The translations under genes were made by a program, and so were the position numbers. A model generated the notes under the pieces. It was given only the letters and a program-made list of their open reading frames with translations, searched no databases and was not told the origin of the DNA. A stretch of 63,800 nt of DNA, the filler included, from Octopus bimaculoides (taxonomy: Eukaryota), in NCBI RefSeq assembly GCF_001194135.2. It is 9 parts of 8 records of this genome, joined end to end, with 100 filler letters (N's around TTAATTAATTAA, not from the genome) between each part and the next. Parts side by side here need not be neighbours in the genome. Positions count along the whole stretch, not along the records: positions 38,287 to 40,378 come from NW_026380968.1; positions 40,479 to 48,313 come from NC_069007.1; positions 48,414 to 50,601 come from NC_069007.1; positions 50,702 to 58,652 come from NC_069006.1; 5 more parts are not named here. The stretch is one strand, 5' to 3'. Shown here one piece after another: positions 39,154-53,460 of the stretch (its first letter is position 1; each line of letters begins with the position of its first letter).

Positions 39154-39476
39154 CGTCTGTCTGTCTGTCTGTCTGTCTGTCTGCCTGTGTCTATCTGTCT
39201 ATCTACCTATCTATATACGTTTATACATATAGATGCATGTACCTATATGAATTTTTACGTGCACACACATACACAAGCACGCATCCATACGCTCATACAT
39301 ACACACTCATATGTATCTCTATGTGGCCTGTGTGTTTTCGGTACTCTGTTTATCATTTGCAATGTCCTGTACCCAGATATGCATCTATATATACAGGTAG
39401 ATGTAGGTATGTACATACATGTACGTATATATGCATATACTCATTTATCATTTGTATCACATATTATATACATATG

Positions 39477-39889
39477 CAAGCTGTCCTAAAAGTCACTGAT
39501 GAGTTTCAGTTTTTAATAACTTCCTTGACTTTACAAATAATTGCATGAAATTTTGTTACAATATAACGGACATAATGGAAATAATATGCATGAGTCAAAT
39601 TTTGTAACACCACTACATCACATATGAAAATGACATTGCTTAAATGGCAGCCATTTTCGGTTTCGTACGCCCGTGCTCTCTCCAAAACGTGCACCATAAC
39701 ACCCTCATGAATTTCAGACCCCACTTCTCTGATTTCTCTATTGATGTTCTCTTCTCTTTCAGTTATACCCACAAGAAAAAAAATCATGGCTAGTCAAGTC
39801 TGGGGAACGTGAAGGCCATAGTTCCAGCAAGATGGGGCAAATGGAAGTTATTAAAAATTAAAACCCATCAGTGACTTTGGGACACCCTG
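39477..39889 (-). mobile_element. Internally deleted Tc1/mariner element
   Basis: TIRs CAAGCTGTCCTAAAAGTCACTGATGAGTTT and (rc) CAGGGTGTCCCAAAGTCACTGATGGGTTT, TA target. Remnant LERARA...NGCHLSNVIF resembles a Tc1/mariner transposase C-terminus. Confidence 0.8.
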
Positions 39890-40315
39890 TACATATATCT
39901 ATATAGATGTATGCATAAGCATTCATCTGCGCCCGCGCTTACGTGTATTTACTCATATAAAATGAATATATACTTATATGTATATGTATATATACATATA
40001 TGCACATTTACATATAAACTTTTATCGCTATATACACGGGTATATACATATTTGCATGAAAATAAATATGTCTGTATGCATGTAGTATATATGTATACAT
40101 ATATATATATATATATATTTAGGTGCATATATAATTTGTAGGTGTATATGTGAGTGCGTATCTGTGTTTGTATATAAATTGATCGATGAGTTCATATAAA
40201 AGTATCTTCACATGCATATATAATATGCAATACCTGTATATATTGCATATGTATTTTTAATAATTTACATTGATGCATGTATCTTTGCATGTACGTATGT
40301 ATGTTTGTATATTCT

Positions 40316-40378
<63 letters not shown>

Positions 40379-40619
40379 NNNNNNNNNNNNNNNNNNNNNN
40401 NNNNNNNNNNNNNNNNNNNNNNTTAATTAATTAANNNNNNNNNNNNNNNNNNNNNNNNNNNNNNNNNNNNNNNNNNNNCTGTTTTACTTGTTTTAGTCTT
40501 TTGACTGCAGCCATGCTGGCGCACTGTTTTTAGTCAAACAAATTGATCTCGGGACTTATTCTTTGTAAGCCTAGTACTTATTCTATTGATCTCTTTTTGA
40601 CGAACTGCTAAGGATGCCA

Positions 40620-40783
40620 GCCCATTGCAGGTTTACTTATTTTTGGTTGCTGAGTGGAGCAGAGCAACTTGAAATGAAGTGTTTTGCTTTGTTAAAAAAC
40701 ACCATTCATTGCCCGGTCTTGGGACCAAAACCTCAATCTTGCGATCATGAGTGCACTGCTTTAACCATTGAGCCATGCACCTC
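40620..40783 (-). mobile_element. tRNA-derived SINE family C (head GGAGGTGCATGGCTCAATGGTTAAAG); related copy near 46290-46550(-)
   Basis: A-box-like TGGCTCAATGG; shared ACACTTCATTT segment between the two copies. Confidence 0.6.
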
Positions 40784-43700
40784 CATGTGTACATATGTGG
40801 ATGTGTGTATGTATGAGTATATATGTATATGTGTGTGTGTGTGTCGACTGGCTCCTGTGCTGGTGGCATGTCAAAAGTACCCACTACACTCTCAGAGTGG
40901 TTGGCGTTAGGAAGCTGTAGAAACCTTGCCAGATCTGATTGGAGTCTGGCGCAACCTACTGGCTTGCCAGTCCTCAGTCAAACTGTCCAACCCATGCCAG
41001 CATGGAAAACGGGCGTTAAATGATGATGATGATGATGAGTAAGTTTTGTGAAGATTTTGCAGCTTTAAAAAAAGCATATTACTCTGCCTTAGGTATTCAA
41101 GTACAAACCTTTCATCATCTCACACAAGATCCCCTCCTTCAATTTCCTGCTCCCCTCCCAAAAATTATTTTGCCTTGCAAATTACTTGGTGCTGGTGCCA
41201 TGTAAAAAGCATGCGGTTCACACTGTAAAGTATTTGGCATTTGGAAGGGTATCCAGCTGTAGAAACTATGCCAAAAGGGCATATAAGGCGGCGAGCTGGC
41301 CGAATCGTTAGCACGCCAGGCGAAATGCTTAGCGGTATTTCATCTGCCGTTACGTTCTGAGTTCAAATTCCGCCAAGGTCAACTTTGCCTTTCATCCTTT
41401 TGGGGTCGATAAATTAAGTACCAGTGACACACTGGGGTTGATGTAATTGACTTAATCCCTTTGTCTGTCCTTGTTTATCCCCTTTATGTTTAGCCCTTTG
41501 TGGGCAATAAAGAAATAAGAAACTATGCCAAAACTGGTTTCACCTCTGCTGATACCATGTAAAAGGTACTCAGCCCATTCTATGGGGTGGTTACTGTTAG
41601 GAAGGGCATCCAGCCATAAAAAAGAGACCATGCCAAAACAGACACATAAGCCTGGTGTAGTCTTCTTCCTGGTTAGCTCCTGCCAAACTGTCCAATCCAC
41701 ACCAGTATGGAAGGCAGATGTTAAACAATGATCATGATGATGATGATGGTGCTGTAAGCACACATAGAAACACCCACACACAGTTTGCTATTTTTGGTTC
41801 TCTCATCCCTGATAGAAACCGACAGCTAATCTACCTCCAAGATGAAATATTGGTAAATTAGGAAACTAATCTCAACTTGGAAAATCACACTGGAACTTTT
41901 TCAACCGATTTTATTGTAGCCAACACCAACACCACCACCACTGCCTACAGAACCACTACTACCACCCCTACCACTACCATCGTGATCACTGCCACCACCA
42001 TCACCACCATCACCCCTAACCCCCATCACAACTATTCCCACCATTGTTGCTGTCACCTTTGCTACTCCCACCACCACCACTACAACTTTTTCTTCAATGT
42101 CAAACATTGCAGTATGTCAATGAATGAAAGACGAAGGGATTAATGCTTTCTTCTTTAGATAAGAGTTCAGAACTTCATGTAAAATAAATATAAACAAGGG
42201 AGGTAATTTGATGTAAGGGGTTTATTTAACTCTTCAGCAGCCAGATTATTCCACCGACTGTACTTTTTGTTTATTCATTTTGTTTTGAATTAATTATGTG
42301 TTAGCTTGTGGCTTCAAGATTTCGATGTTTCTCTTTACTCTTTTACTTGTTGCAGTCATTTACCTGTGGCCATGCTGGAGCATCGCCTTTAGTCGAGCAA
42401 ATTTCCCCCAGGACTTATTCTTTGTAAGCCTAGTACTTATTCTATCGGTCCCTTTTGCTGAACCACTAAGTTACAGGGACATAAATACACCAGCATCGGT
42501 TGTCAAGCGATGTTGGGAGGAGGCAAACACACACACATAAACATATACACACACATACACATATACATATGTGTATATATATATATACGACGGGCTTCTT
42601 TCAGTTTCCGTCTACCAAATCCACTCACAAGGCTTTGGTCGGCCCGAGGCTATAGTAGAAAGACACTTGCCCAAGGTGCCACACAATGGGACTGAACCTG
42701 GAACCATGTGGTTCGTAAGCAAGCTACTAACCACACAGCCACTTCTATGCCTATGTCTATTTATTTTTAAAAAGACATTGTATGTTAGGTGTGAGAGGTT
42801 GGATCTGGCTTATTTGGGCTGTAATGTCTGGTTTTAACCTCTTAGCCTTCAGATTCCTCTGTCAAATGTAATGCTTATTTATTCACATTGTTTTGAATTA
42901 ATCATTTATTATCTTAGAGCTTCAAGATTTCAATGATATGATTGTTTATCTTTTGAATAATTTTGCATTATCCCAAAGTTAGGAATGATTATTATTGAAA
43001 GTTTTTATCTATGGTCTCCCTGAAAATATTTGTTTATTCTTCAGATGGTGCTTTTAAAGTGTATACACTTTAAGACGAAACTGAGGATCGATTCATTAGA
43101 ATGTTATGCTTTCTGTTTTACCAAATATGAGTTTTAATATATTTATGCAATTAATATGATTATTTATGTAATTATTTTTATCCTTGAAACCACTAAGTTT
43201 TAATGCTTCATTGTAAAGAGATGCTTTGTTAAGAGAAGACTCATTAAATGAAATACTGAATGAATATATGTTAATATTTTTTAATTAAATCACGTATAAT
43301 AACAGAGAGATAATTAGAAGCTATATGTATATTCTAGAACTGTTCATTTCATTTCCAAAATGGACATTATTTATTAGTTTCTAAATCCGACATAATATCT
43401 AAGAATTAACAGCGTGGAAGCTAATAAATGTAGTAATCTTTACATAGAAATCATTAAATAATTTTTTTGTGGAAACTCTCTGTTACACATTTATATTACA
43501 TGTAATAAAAAGCCAGTTATCTCAGTATAATCCACACTATTTATTATGGAATTTATTATGTAATGAATACAATATATATAAAGAATAAGAAGCTAACAAA
43601 TTGCAGTAGAATCTCAATTACCCATCACCACATCAAAAGAAGTGGAATTATCTTTCTTTACTCATACAGTTTTATCAAAAGAAAATAATGTTCTTCTTTT

Positions 43701-46700
43701 ATAGATAATTATTTTTATATCACGAATCATTGATTGGCATATAATTCGTTTTGAAACCAGTCTTTATTTAGAGCAAAGATTTAGTTACCAAGCGATGAAA
43801 TACGAGACAGGTACAAAATTGATTTTTCGGACACTGATGGTCCAAAAGCTCTTGTAATCTGCTCTGATTTACACTTATGTACAGGTACCTATATTTCATT
43901 TAATTATTTGAATGAAATTTAAATTTAATATTTGTTTAACTTAGAGTGTGTTGACCAAGGTGACCAGCTCTGGTTTGGAAAAAATCATAATCCAATAAGG
44001 CCTTGGGACCAAAAATTGTAGAAAATCAATGTTGTACTTGTATTATGAAAGTAAACGTATTTGTAAAACTGTTTCTCTCTATTAAAACAGTAAATGAGTG
44101 AAATCTTGCTATTCCATAATGGTAAATCAGTTGTTTTTGTTGAATTTTAAGGATTATTAAATTTAAAATGTTTTTACTAACTAAACCTAATTGACTTTTG
44201 GTTGAATTTTTTTAACACATAATAAATTTGGATTACTTAAATCACTGAGTTTGTGGTTCTTATATGTAATATGAGGCCTATATAGAGCTAAGAATTCAAT
44301 TCTATCATCTATTTTGATTTGCAAACTGTTTGTTTAACTTCTTAATTAATGAAATTAAGGGTTATGTCAATAGATGTTTATAAGTATTAGTAACATTATA
44401 AGACAAAAAGAAAATCATAAGTAATACAGCTTTCCACAAAATTATTTTGTGTTGTGTGGACCTTTTTCTGTCTCTCTGTCACACCCCAAGCTTTCATCGT
44501 CTGACACAAGATCACCTCTTCCAATGACCCATTCTCTCTCAAAGGATCTTTGTCTTGCAAGTTACTTTGTGACCCTGCTGGCACCATGTAAAAAGCATCC
44601 AGTTCACATTGTAAAGTGATTGGCATGTGGAAGAGCATCCAGCTGTAAAAACCATGCCAAAACTGACCTCGCTGTGATTATGCCACATAAAAAAAAGCAC
44701 TCTGTCCACTCTGCTGGGTGTTTGACTTTAGGAAGGGCATCCAGCTGTAAAATCCTTGCCAAAACAGACAGAGAAGTCTGGTGCAGTCTTCTGCATGGCC
44801 TGCTCCTGTCAAACCGTCCAACCCATGCTAGCATGGAAGATGGGCGTTAAGCGATGGTGGTGATGATGATGATGATGGGGACTGTCATACGAATGAATAG
44901 ACCCAACTTTCCCTTTGCCTGTCATAAAAGGCAAATCCTACTTCAAGTGGTTGAGGGAGGATTTTCACTCCAGCCTCATAAAACCCTCACCAGCAACAAC
45001 CACCTAAAGAGACCCATGGGGTGAAGGGTTGTTGCGTGAGTTATACAAAGGTGTCATCCGCCAGGAGTAGGGGATCACCAACAAATGGTGGTAGCAGTGA
45101 TGTATTGTTACGGCACATTCCCCCACACTACTATTACTACTACAAAAATTTTTGTTTTGACTGAGGTGGGACGAAAACACTCTTGGAATGTTGAAAAATC
45201 TGTAGATTATGCTTCAGAGTCTGTTGAAAACTTTTAGAGATGTTTTTGAATCTCCCCTTTCTAAATAATTTGTAATGGTTTCACACTGCCCTTGTTCCTT
45301 CTGGGGTCAATAAAATAAGTATCATCTCATAAGTATTAGGACTTACTTTCATGAATATTTATCTAGTATTAGTGTTGGTTTAATTGATTAAATCATCCAG
45401 TCAGAATGTGTGGCCTTGTGCCTGAATTAAAAATTATTGTTGTTGTTATTATTATTATTGTCATTTCACTTCTCAGAGTTCTCAATTTCATTTGCTCTGG
45501 CTAATTCTGTAATAGCGGACAAGTACCTGATGTCAGGGGTCTCACAAGGTCTTCTTCTTCCACAACACTTAACACCCAAGGACCAACCTCAAAATCCTCT
45601 CTGTCCCCAATAAAGCAGTTTTCTGAGCATGTTCTACCTTCATGTCAAACCCAATTTTTCCAACTAATTTCTCAAACCTGGTTGTTGTTACATAAATTTA
45701 TTGATCTTTGCAACATTCTTTCATTATGTTAAAGTGTTTATGTCTTTATTTCCATTGTAAAGTTTGTTTAATGTTTAACAGTCAAACACACAAACATTGT
45801 AGCAAACATAACATCATCATCATCCTCATCATCAACATTGTTTAACGTCCACCTTCCATGCTAGCATGGGTTGTAGATTAGTTCTGTTATTAACAGAAGT
45901 TAATTAGGATTCTGATATTAATACCAATTAATGTAAATTTTAATATAAATGTAATTCCAATATTAATATAAACTTTTATTATTAATCTAAAAACAATTCC
46001 AAAATTAATTTTAAATTAATTCTTATATTAATTAAAAAGTAATTCTAATATTAATTTAAAGTTAGTTCGAAGATTAATTGAAAATTAATTTGAATATTTT
46101 ATTGAAGTTAACAATCTCTACACACCCCTCTCAGGGGAGTGTAGAGGAAGTGTAAGAGAGGAAAAGGGCAAAGTACCTGGTGTTAGAGGAATATTACAGG
46201 TGTGGGTGGGTGACCAACTGCATACCAGCGGAGGTGGACAATTGAGGGGTCACTGGTTGTTCCCTTAGTAAGGCCTATAAAGGGTAAAGGGTAAAGACTC
46301 TCCTTCAGTCATTAATGACCATGGGATTGCACCTAGAAAGTTCCTTCTGAGGTACAAGTCTGGGCAAGGGTGTTTATGTAAGACCAGCAGTCGCCCATGT
46401 ATACCAGCCTGATGTTATCGAAGGGAAAGGCAAAGGGGCCGATACAGCATGTCACCAGTGACGTCGCAACTCATTTCTACAGCTGAGTGAACTGGTGCAA
46501 GGTGAAAATGAAGTGTCTTGCTTAAGAACACAACACACAGGCCTATAAAACCCTGGTATTGCAGGAATAAGTAGAAGGAGGCGATCAAGAACAATGAATG
46601 TGAAGATTGTCAAAAAACATCTAGAAAAAAAGGGAGCTGGTTTGGGCCGGTAGAGTGTCATTTGGACATAGGTTGGAGTATTTAAATGAGAGTGTCTTAA

Positions 46701-47345
46701 ATAACACCTGGAACATTCTGTGACCCCATGATAAAACATTGACCATATGTCCAGCTATGGATGAAGCTAAGAACCAAATATAGTTCTAATATGGATAAAA
46801 AATGAATCCTAATATTAATCTAGATTAAACCCAACTGGAGTGGTGGTGGTGGTGGGNNNNNNNNNNNNNNNNNNNNNNNNNNNNNNNNNNNNNNNNNNNN
46901 NNNNNNNNNNNNNNNNNNNNNNNNNNNNNNNNNNNNNNNNNNNNNNNNNNNNNNNNNNNNNNNNNNNNNNNNNNNNNNNNNNNNNNNNNNNNNNNNNNNN
47001 NNNNNNNNNNNNNNNNNNNNNNNNNNNNNNNNNNNNNNNNNNNNNNNNNNNNNNNNNNNNNNNNNNNNNNNNNNNNNNNNNNNNNNNNNNNNNNNNNNNN
47101 NNNNNNNNNNNNNNNNNNNNNNNNNNNNNNNNNNNNNNNNNNNNNNNNNNNNNNNNNNNNNNNNNNNNNNNNNNNNNNNNNNNNNNNNNNNNNNNNNNNN
47201 NNNNNNNNNNNNNNNNNNNNNNNNNNNNNNNNNNNNNNNNNNNNNNNNNNNNNNNNNNNNNNNNNNNNNTACATGTAATGAAATGTTGGAAAAAAACATA
47301 GAAAAAATGTAAGTATACAGGGGATACATACAAATTATATAATAA

Positions 47346-47396
<51 letters not shown>

Positions 47397-48959
47397 AGTT
47401 ATATAATAATGATAATAAATTGAAAGAAATCTAAGAAGTTAGCATTTTTATGTAATCATGTACACTCATCTAGAATCACACACACACATTCTCTCTCTTT
47501 CTATCTCTCCCTCTCTCTCTCTCTCTCTCCCACACACACTCTCTCTCTCTCTCTCTCCCACACACACACTCTCTCTCTCTCTCTCTCTGTTTATCTCTCT
47601 CTCTCTGTCTATCTCTCTCACACACACACTCTCTCTATGTCTGCCTATCTCTCTCTCTCTTTCTCTGTTTATCTCTCTCACACACACTCTCTCTCTTTCC
47701 CTCTCTGTCTATCTCTCTCTCTCAGACACTCTTTCTATATTCCTCTATCTCTCTCTCTCTTTCTTTCTATCTCTCTTTGTCTCTCTCTCTCTCTCTCTCT
47801 CTGTCTATTTCTCTCACACACACTCCCTCTCTATCTATCTCTTTATCTCTCTCTCTCTGTCTATCTCTTTATCTCTCATACACATACACATACATCATAA
47901 AAACATATCTCCTGAAATTGCAGTAAACTGGTCTTATTGGATCCTCATTGTGTTTGTCAGTTTTTGTTTATTTTGCACACACCTAGCGGGAGGTTTTGTC
48001 CATTAATTTCATGGATAATATCAGTTAAAGTTTTTCTCCTCACCATATTACGTACGTGAGACGCCCTGCTGCATAAATATACATACATAAGCACGAGGAT
48101 GGTGATGAGAGACAGCGATGATGATGATGATATGATGGTGGTGGCTGCAATGATGATTGTTCTATTGGTGGTGATGATGTTGATGATGACAATGATGATG
48201 ATGGTGATGATGATAGTGGTGTTAATGATGATGATAAGCATCATGGCAATGCTGGTAGCAGCACCAGTAACAATGATGATGATGACTATATATATATATA
48301 TATATATATATATNNNNNNNNNNNNNNNNNNNNNNNNNNNNNNNNNNNNNNNNNNNNTTAATTAATTAANNNNNNNNNNNNNNNNNNNNNNNNNNNNNNN
48401 NNNNNNNNNNNNNTTATTTTATTTTATTTTATATTGTATATTGTATATCATATTATATATTGTATATTCCATATTCTATACCCCACATTAGTTCTGCAGG
48501 AATATAAATAAAACATAAAAAACAGACAGTGTTGGAACTCTTTTAAGCAAAATATTATATATTATATATATTATATATTCTTTTACTCTTTTACTTGTTT
48601 CAGTCATTTGACTGTGGCCATGCTGGAGCACCGCCTTTAGTCGAGAAAATCGACCCCAGGACTTATTCTTTGGATGCCTAGTACTTATTCTATCGGTCTA
48701 TTTTGCCGAACCGCTAAGTTACGGGGACGTAAACACACCAGCATCGGTTGTCAAGCGATGGTGGGGGGACAAACACAGACACACAAACATACACACACAC
48801 ATACATACATATATATATACATATATACACGACGGGCTTCTTTCAGTTTTCGTCTACCAAATCCACTCACAAGGATTTTTTAAGATATTTTAAATACATT
48901 ATAGTATAGGTGGCTCGCTTGCAATTAAAAAACAAAAATGAATTAATAAATGAAGGGTG

Positions 48960-49892
48960 CAAAATTGCACTAGCGGTGACAGGATGCATCGTTGTCGTGA
49001 AGAATTCAATTATCTGTGATCTACAGATCCGGTCACTTTCGTGGAATATCCTTGTTCAAATGCTTCAAAACATCGCAGTAGAATTCTCTACTAACGGTCT
49101 GGCATTGGGGAATGAATTCTCGATGCCCAGTACCGCGGTAATCGAAAAAAGACGATGAGCCTTCTTCGTTCATGGTGATGAAGGCCTCTTCCATTGTGAG
49201 GACTGCTGCTTCATCTTAGGGTCGTACCCGTAGACCCACCTCTCGTCACGGAATGATCCTTGACACGAAGGATGGGTCATAGGTGGCACGATGATGGAGA
49301 TCTTGACAGACTTCGACTTGATGTTCTTTCTGCTCAGTGTTCAGCAGGTGGGGGTCAAACTTGGCAGAGACATGCTGCATGTTCAATTCAGACATTAGAG
49401 TTGGCTGCACGGACCCATATGACAAAGCGACAACATTAGCAATGTCGGTGATTGATGATCCTCATTCACAAACTGATGAATTTTCTCCACATCTCTAGGA
49501 GCGATGCTTGCGGCAAGTCTTCCAGATCACTCGTTGTCTTCCAGTAACATCCTTCTGCTTTTGATGCACCCATGCCACTTGAAATATTCCTTACGACCCA
49601 TTGCCACGTCGTCGTTAGCTTGTCGAAACATTCTCAATGTTTCTATAGCAGACTTCCCAAGTTTAATGCAAAATTTCACGTTGGCTTTTTGTTCCAACTT
49701 CCAAATCGCAGACTACAACATACAGGTCATTACAAAAACGCAAATTTCACAACTTACGAAGTAAACACAGTGGTGTCACTCAGCACATTGCCTCATGAAG
49801 GTATCTGCTAGCTCTCATTGTGCACACAACTGTGTGCTGCCATCTATTGGCACGCTACAGAACTAGTCCGGGAACTTTTTGATACCACCTCG
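48960..49892 (-). mobile_element. Mariner (DD34D-type) transposon, 3'-truncated, transposase pseudogenised
   Basis: 5' TIR TA|CGAGGTGGTATCAAAAAGTTCCCGGACTAGTT; DERWVYGYDPKMKQQSSQW (first D motif) and LHDNDASCH (degenerate LHDNA.H). Confidence 0.9.
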
Positions 49893-51258
49893 TATGTGTT
49901 AACATCAAACGGCAACATTAAATGCTAACCCTTAGCTCTTACCTTAGACTGTAACTCAAAATTCTAAGCCTAATCTTATCACGAAAACCTAAACCCTTAT
50001 GCTAATCCTAACCCTAATCCTAAATGCTAACCTGAAGCTGCCAAAGCTAGCTCTATTTTGTGTAGAATCACAATCTTCTGTGTTTAAAGCAGATATTTCT
50101 AGAAAAATATCTTTAAAATGAAAAAGTTATTTCTAAGTATGAACTTTAAAATTAAGTGGGGTTAGAAAAAAATACAAACAATTGTAATTTTTAAAAGAAT
50201 TTTGTTGCGGAATTGTAATCTCTGCTGCTTAAAGCATGGATATTCGACAAAATATGTGTGTGCATATATACATATATATAATTAATTTCTCCCCCCCCAC
50301 CTCCCTGGAAATTTTTCAGTAAAAGAATTTTCGTATTCCTACGATTTACATATGGGAGATTGTGAATATGTAATCACCCCCCCTATGACCTAGAATAAGC
50401 AGGGAATAAAAAATGGCTCTGTAGAGATGAGCCTGAAATAAGTGTATTGTTTGTATTTTTCTCTCTCTTCGAAACGTCAGTACTTTCCCATCCTCACTCT
50501 CCCTTAAAAAAGTCTAAAAATCATAAGTGAAGTGTAATAAAGATGAAATTGGATTCTGTTAATATTTTTGCATATTCGGAATTTCTGTTAAAGGTAGGAA
50601 TNNNNNNNNNNNNNNNNNNNNNNNNNNNNNNNNNNNNNNNNNNNNTTAATTAATTAANNNNNNNNNNNNNNNNNNNNNNNNNNNNNNNNNNNNNNNNNNN
50701 NATAAGGATAAGATCAATATTTAAAATATTGATTTTATCAAGTGGCCAGCATGGGAATAAAAACCTATATATATAAGTATGTGTATATGTTTGTGTGTCT
50801 GTGTTTGTCCCCCTAACATCGCTTGACAACCGATGCTGGTGTGTTTACGTCCCCGTAACTTAGCGGTTCGGCAAAAGAGACCAAAAGAATAAGTACTAGG
50901 CTTCCAAAGAATAAGTGCTGGGGTTGATTTGCTCGACTAAAGGCGGTGCTCCAGCATGGCCGCAGTCAAATGACTGAAACAAGTAAAAGAGTAAAACCGG
51001 GGGCATACAGTTGATTCCATAGCTAGAGGATCACGGTTGATGCTGTTACCCCTTCTCATATGTTCTGCTGTTAGTTGTGCTTCCATATTACGGTGAGATA
51101 GAAATTTGCAGTTTACGGCTATTTGATCCTTGTTCCTATACCTGTTCTTACGAAATAAGCAAATTACAAAACTTGACATCTACTAAAATGACTGTCGTTA
51201 TCAGGCTGGTGTTTGGAATATAAATTTTGGCTGAAGGTTTTAATTTAGATCGCTTTAA

Positions 51259-51482
51259 CCCTTTAGCTTTTAGACTATTCTGTCAAATGTAACGCTTATT
51301 TATTCATGATGTCTTTTGAATTAATCATACTTTATCTCATTACACTTTGAGATTTTGATGGTTTGATTGTTTACTTTTAAAATGACATACCAGGGTAAGG
51401 ATGAAATGCCAGATCTGGCAAGTTTGAATATAAAACAGGTAGAATATTAGGGCTGGATGTAGCTGGTTTAAATGCTAAAGGG
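51259..51482. mobile_element. piggyBac-like MITE
   Basis: TTAA|CCCTTTAGC ... GCTAAAGGG|TTAA; related partial copies near 42228-42320, 42836-42960 and 53810-54028. Confidence 0.8.
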
Positions 51483-52005
51483 TTAACTCTTTTACCATAT
51501 TTCTGTTGAAACACACTGCTTTTGTGGCAATTAATTTTGGAAATAATGAATTTAATAATATAACTTTGTCATTAGAACCAACACGAAATCTAATAAACAT
51601 TTTTTCGTTTAATTCTTTTTTGACTACATTTCTCTTGAAATACACTGCGTTCATTTCATTTAATTTTGAAATCAAATGAAGATTTTAGCCAAATAACTTT
51701 GTCATTGTTAAGCCAGTATTTAGAACATAAAATTATGAATTTTGACAGGTTTTTATTTACATATTTAACTCTTTTAGTATCGTATTTCTCTTGAAATACA
51801 CTGCCTTTGTGGCAACTAATTTTGACAATAGTGAAGAATTTAATAGTATAACTTTGTCATTATGAATCTGGTGTTTGGAAGAGAAGTTAGCATGAATTTT
51901 GACAGAAGCTTCTAATTTAGATCATTTTAACTCTTTTAGGACTGTTAATTTCTGTTAAAATGGATTGCCTTTGTGGCAATAAATTTTGAAAATAATGAAT
52001 TTAAT
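51483..52005. repeat. Tandem degenerate units of about 140-190 bp (TTAACTCTTTT...ATTTCTSTTGAAAYACACTGC...AATTAATTTTG...AACTTTGTCATT)
   Basis: At least four head-to-tail copies; further pieces near 52610-52690 and 54030-54240, including a reverse-oriented copy near 54095-54170. Confidence 0.75.
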
Positions 52006-53224
52006 AGGCGCAGGAGTGGCTGTGTGGTAAGTAGCTTGCTTACCAACCACATGGTTCTGGGTTCAGTCCCATTGCGTGGCATCTTGGGCAAGTGTCTTCT
52101 ACTATAGCCTCGCGCCAGCCAAAGCCTTGTGAGTGGATTTGGTAGAAGGAAACTGAAAGAAGCCCATCATATGTATATATATATGTTTGTGTCTGTGTTT
52201 GTCCCCCTAGCATTGCTTGACAACCGATGCTGGTGTATTTACGTCCCCGTCACTTAGTGGTTCATCAAAAGTGACTGATAGAATAAGTACTAGGCTTACA
52301 AAGAATAAGTCCTGGGGTTGATTTGCTCGATTAAAGGCAGTGCTCCAGCATGGTCACAGTCAAATGACTGAAACAAGTAAAGAGTAAAAAGAGTAAATCC
52401 TTTCTACTATAGGCACAAGGCCTGAAATTTGGGGGGAGGGGTCTAGTCGATGGTATTGACCCCAGTGTTTCACTGCTACCTATTTCATTGACCTTGAAAG
52501 GATGAAAGCAAAGTTGACCTCAGCAGAATTTGAACTCAGAACATGAAGATGTACAAAATGCTGCTAAGCATTTCATTCGGCATGCTATAGAATCTGCTAG
52601 CTTACCACCTTGATGAAGAATTTAATTCTATAACTTTGTCATTATGAAGCTGGCATGTGGAATGTAAACTAACTTGAAATTTGAAATGAAGTTAGTGTCA
52701 TAAAAACAAGTATAGTCCCAGGTGGATTGGTGCCAAAAGCTTTAAAACATTGTTTGCCAATTTTGACCAAATTAGTTTACTTTCTTATGCTCTGTCCCAT
52801 TATCGGAGGGAGAGGGGGGGGCATCATTTTGGCAGTGACTAGTGAGAATGTCAGATGCATTTTGGCCTTCTTGGGCCTTGTAACTGCTTTGAGATATGTG
52901 AATCATGTACCACCCTCTCTGATTTTTGTATTCTTTTCAAAATACAGGAATTCTATGTTATATGTCATTACATTTTGTAATATATCCCGATTTGTTTTGA
53001 CTTTGTCTTGTCATGAGACAGTCATCGCCTTTTATAGTCCTTGAGCCCAGACCTCAAGATTTCTGTATCTGTAACCACATTGGTAAATTTTGACTTGTTA
53101 TATGTCTCTAGTTTCTATTTATATGGTAGCCTTGTCAGAATGGTAGCTTAGTAGTTATCACTTCATACAATGTTAATTAATTAATTGATAAAGGAAAGCA
53201 AAAAGATTCTGCCCTCTATATTCA

Positions 53225-53460
53225 GAGTAAGAACACAGATCTGTAACAGTTTAGGGTTCAAAGACCCACAACTTTTCAATGCATTGTCAAAGCCTTAGAG
53301 ATCTCTGAGGTGTAGATGTGGATATGTTCAAAGAACAGTTAGACACATTTTTAACTGATATACCAAATGAATCAACAGCATGGCAAAAAAAAAAACACAA
53401 AGAGGGGCAGCTCTTTCCAACAAACTGCTTCACCTGGACTAATTCTGCAGATAGGAATGC
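53225..53460 (+). mobile_element. CR1-like LINE 3' fragment
   Basis: SLGFKDPQLFNAL...GVDVDMFKEQLDTFLTDIPNE resembles the GP.LFN.LP...FK..LD.FL..IPDEP C-terminal motif. Confidence 0.6.

Noticed and set aside
50461-50482. CTCTCTCTTCGAAACGTCAGT as a hammerhead 3' half
   Set aside because: No matching CTGANGA or stem II partner upstream; too short to support
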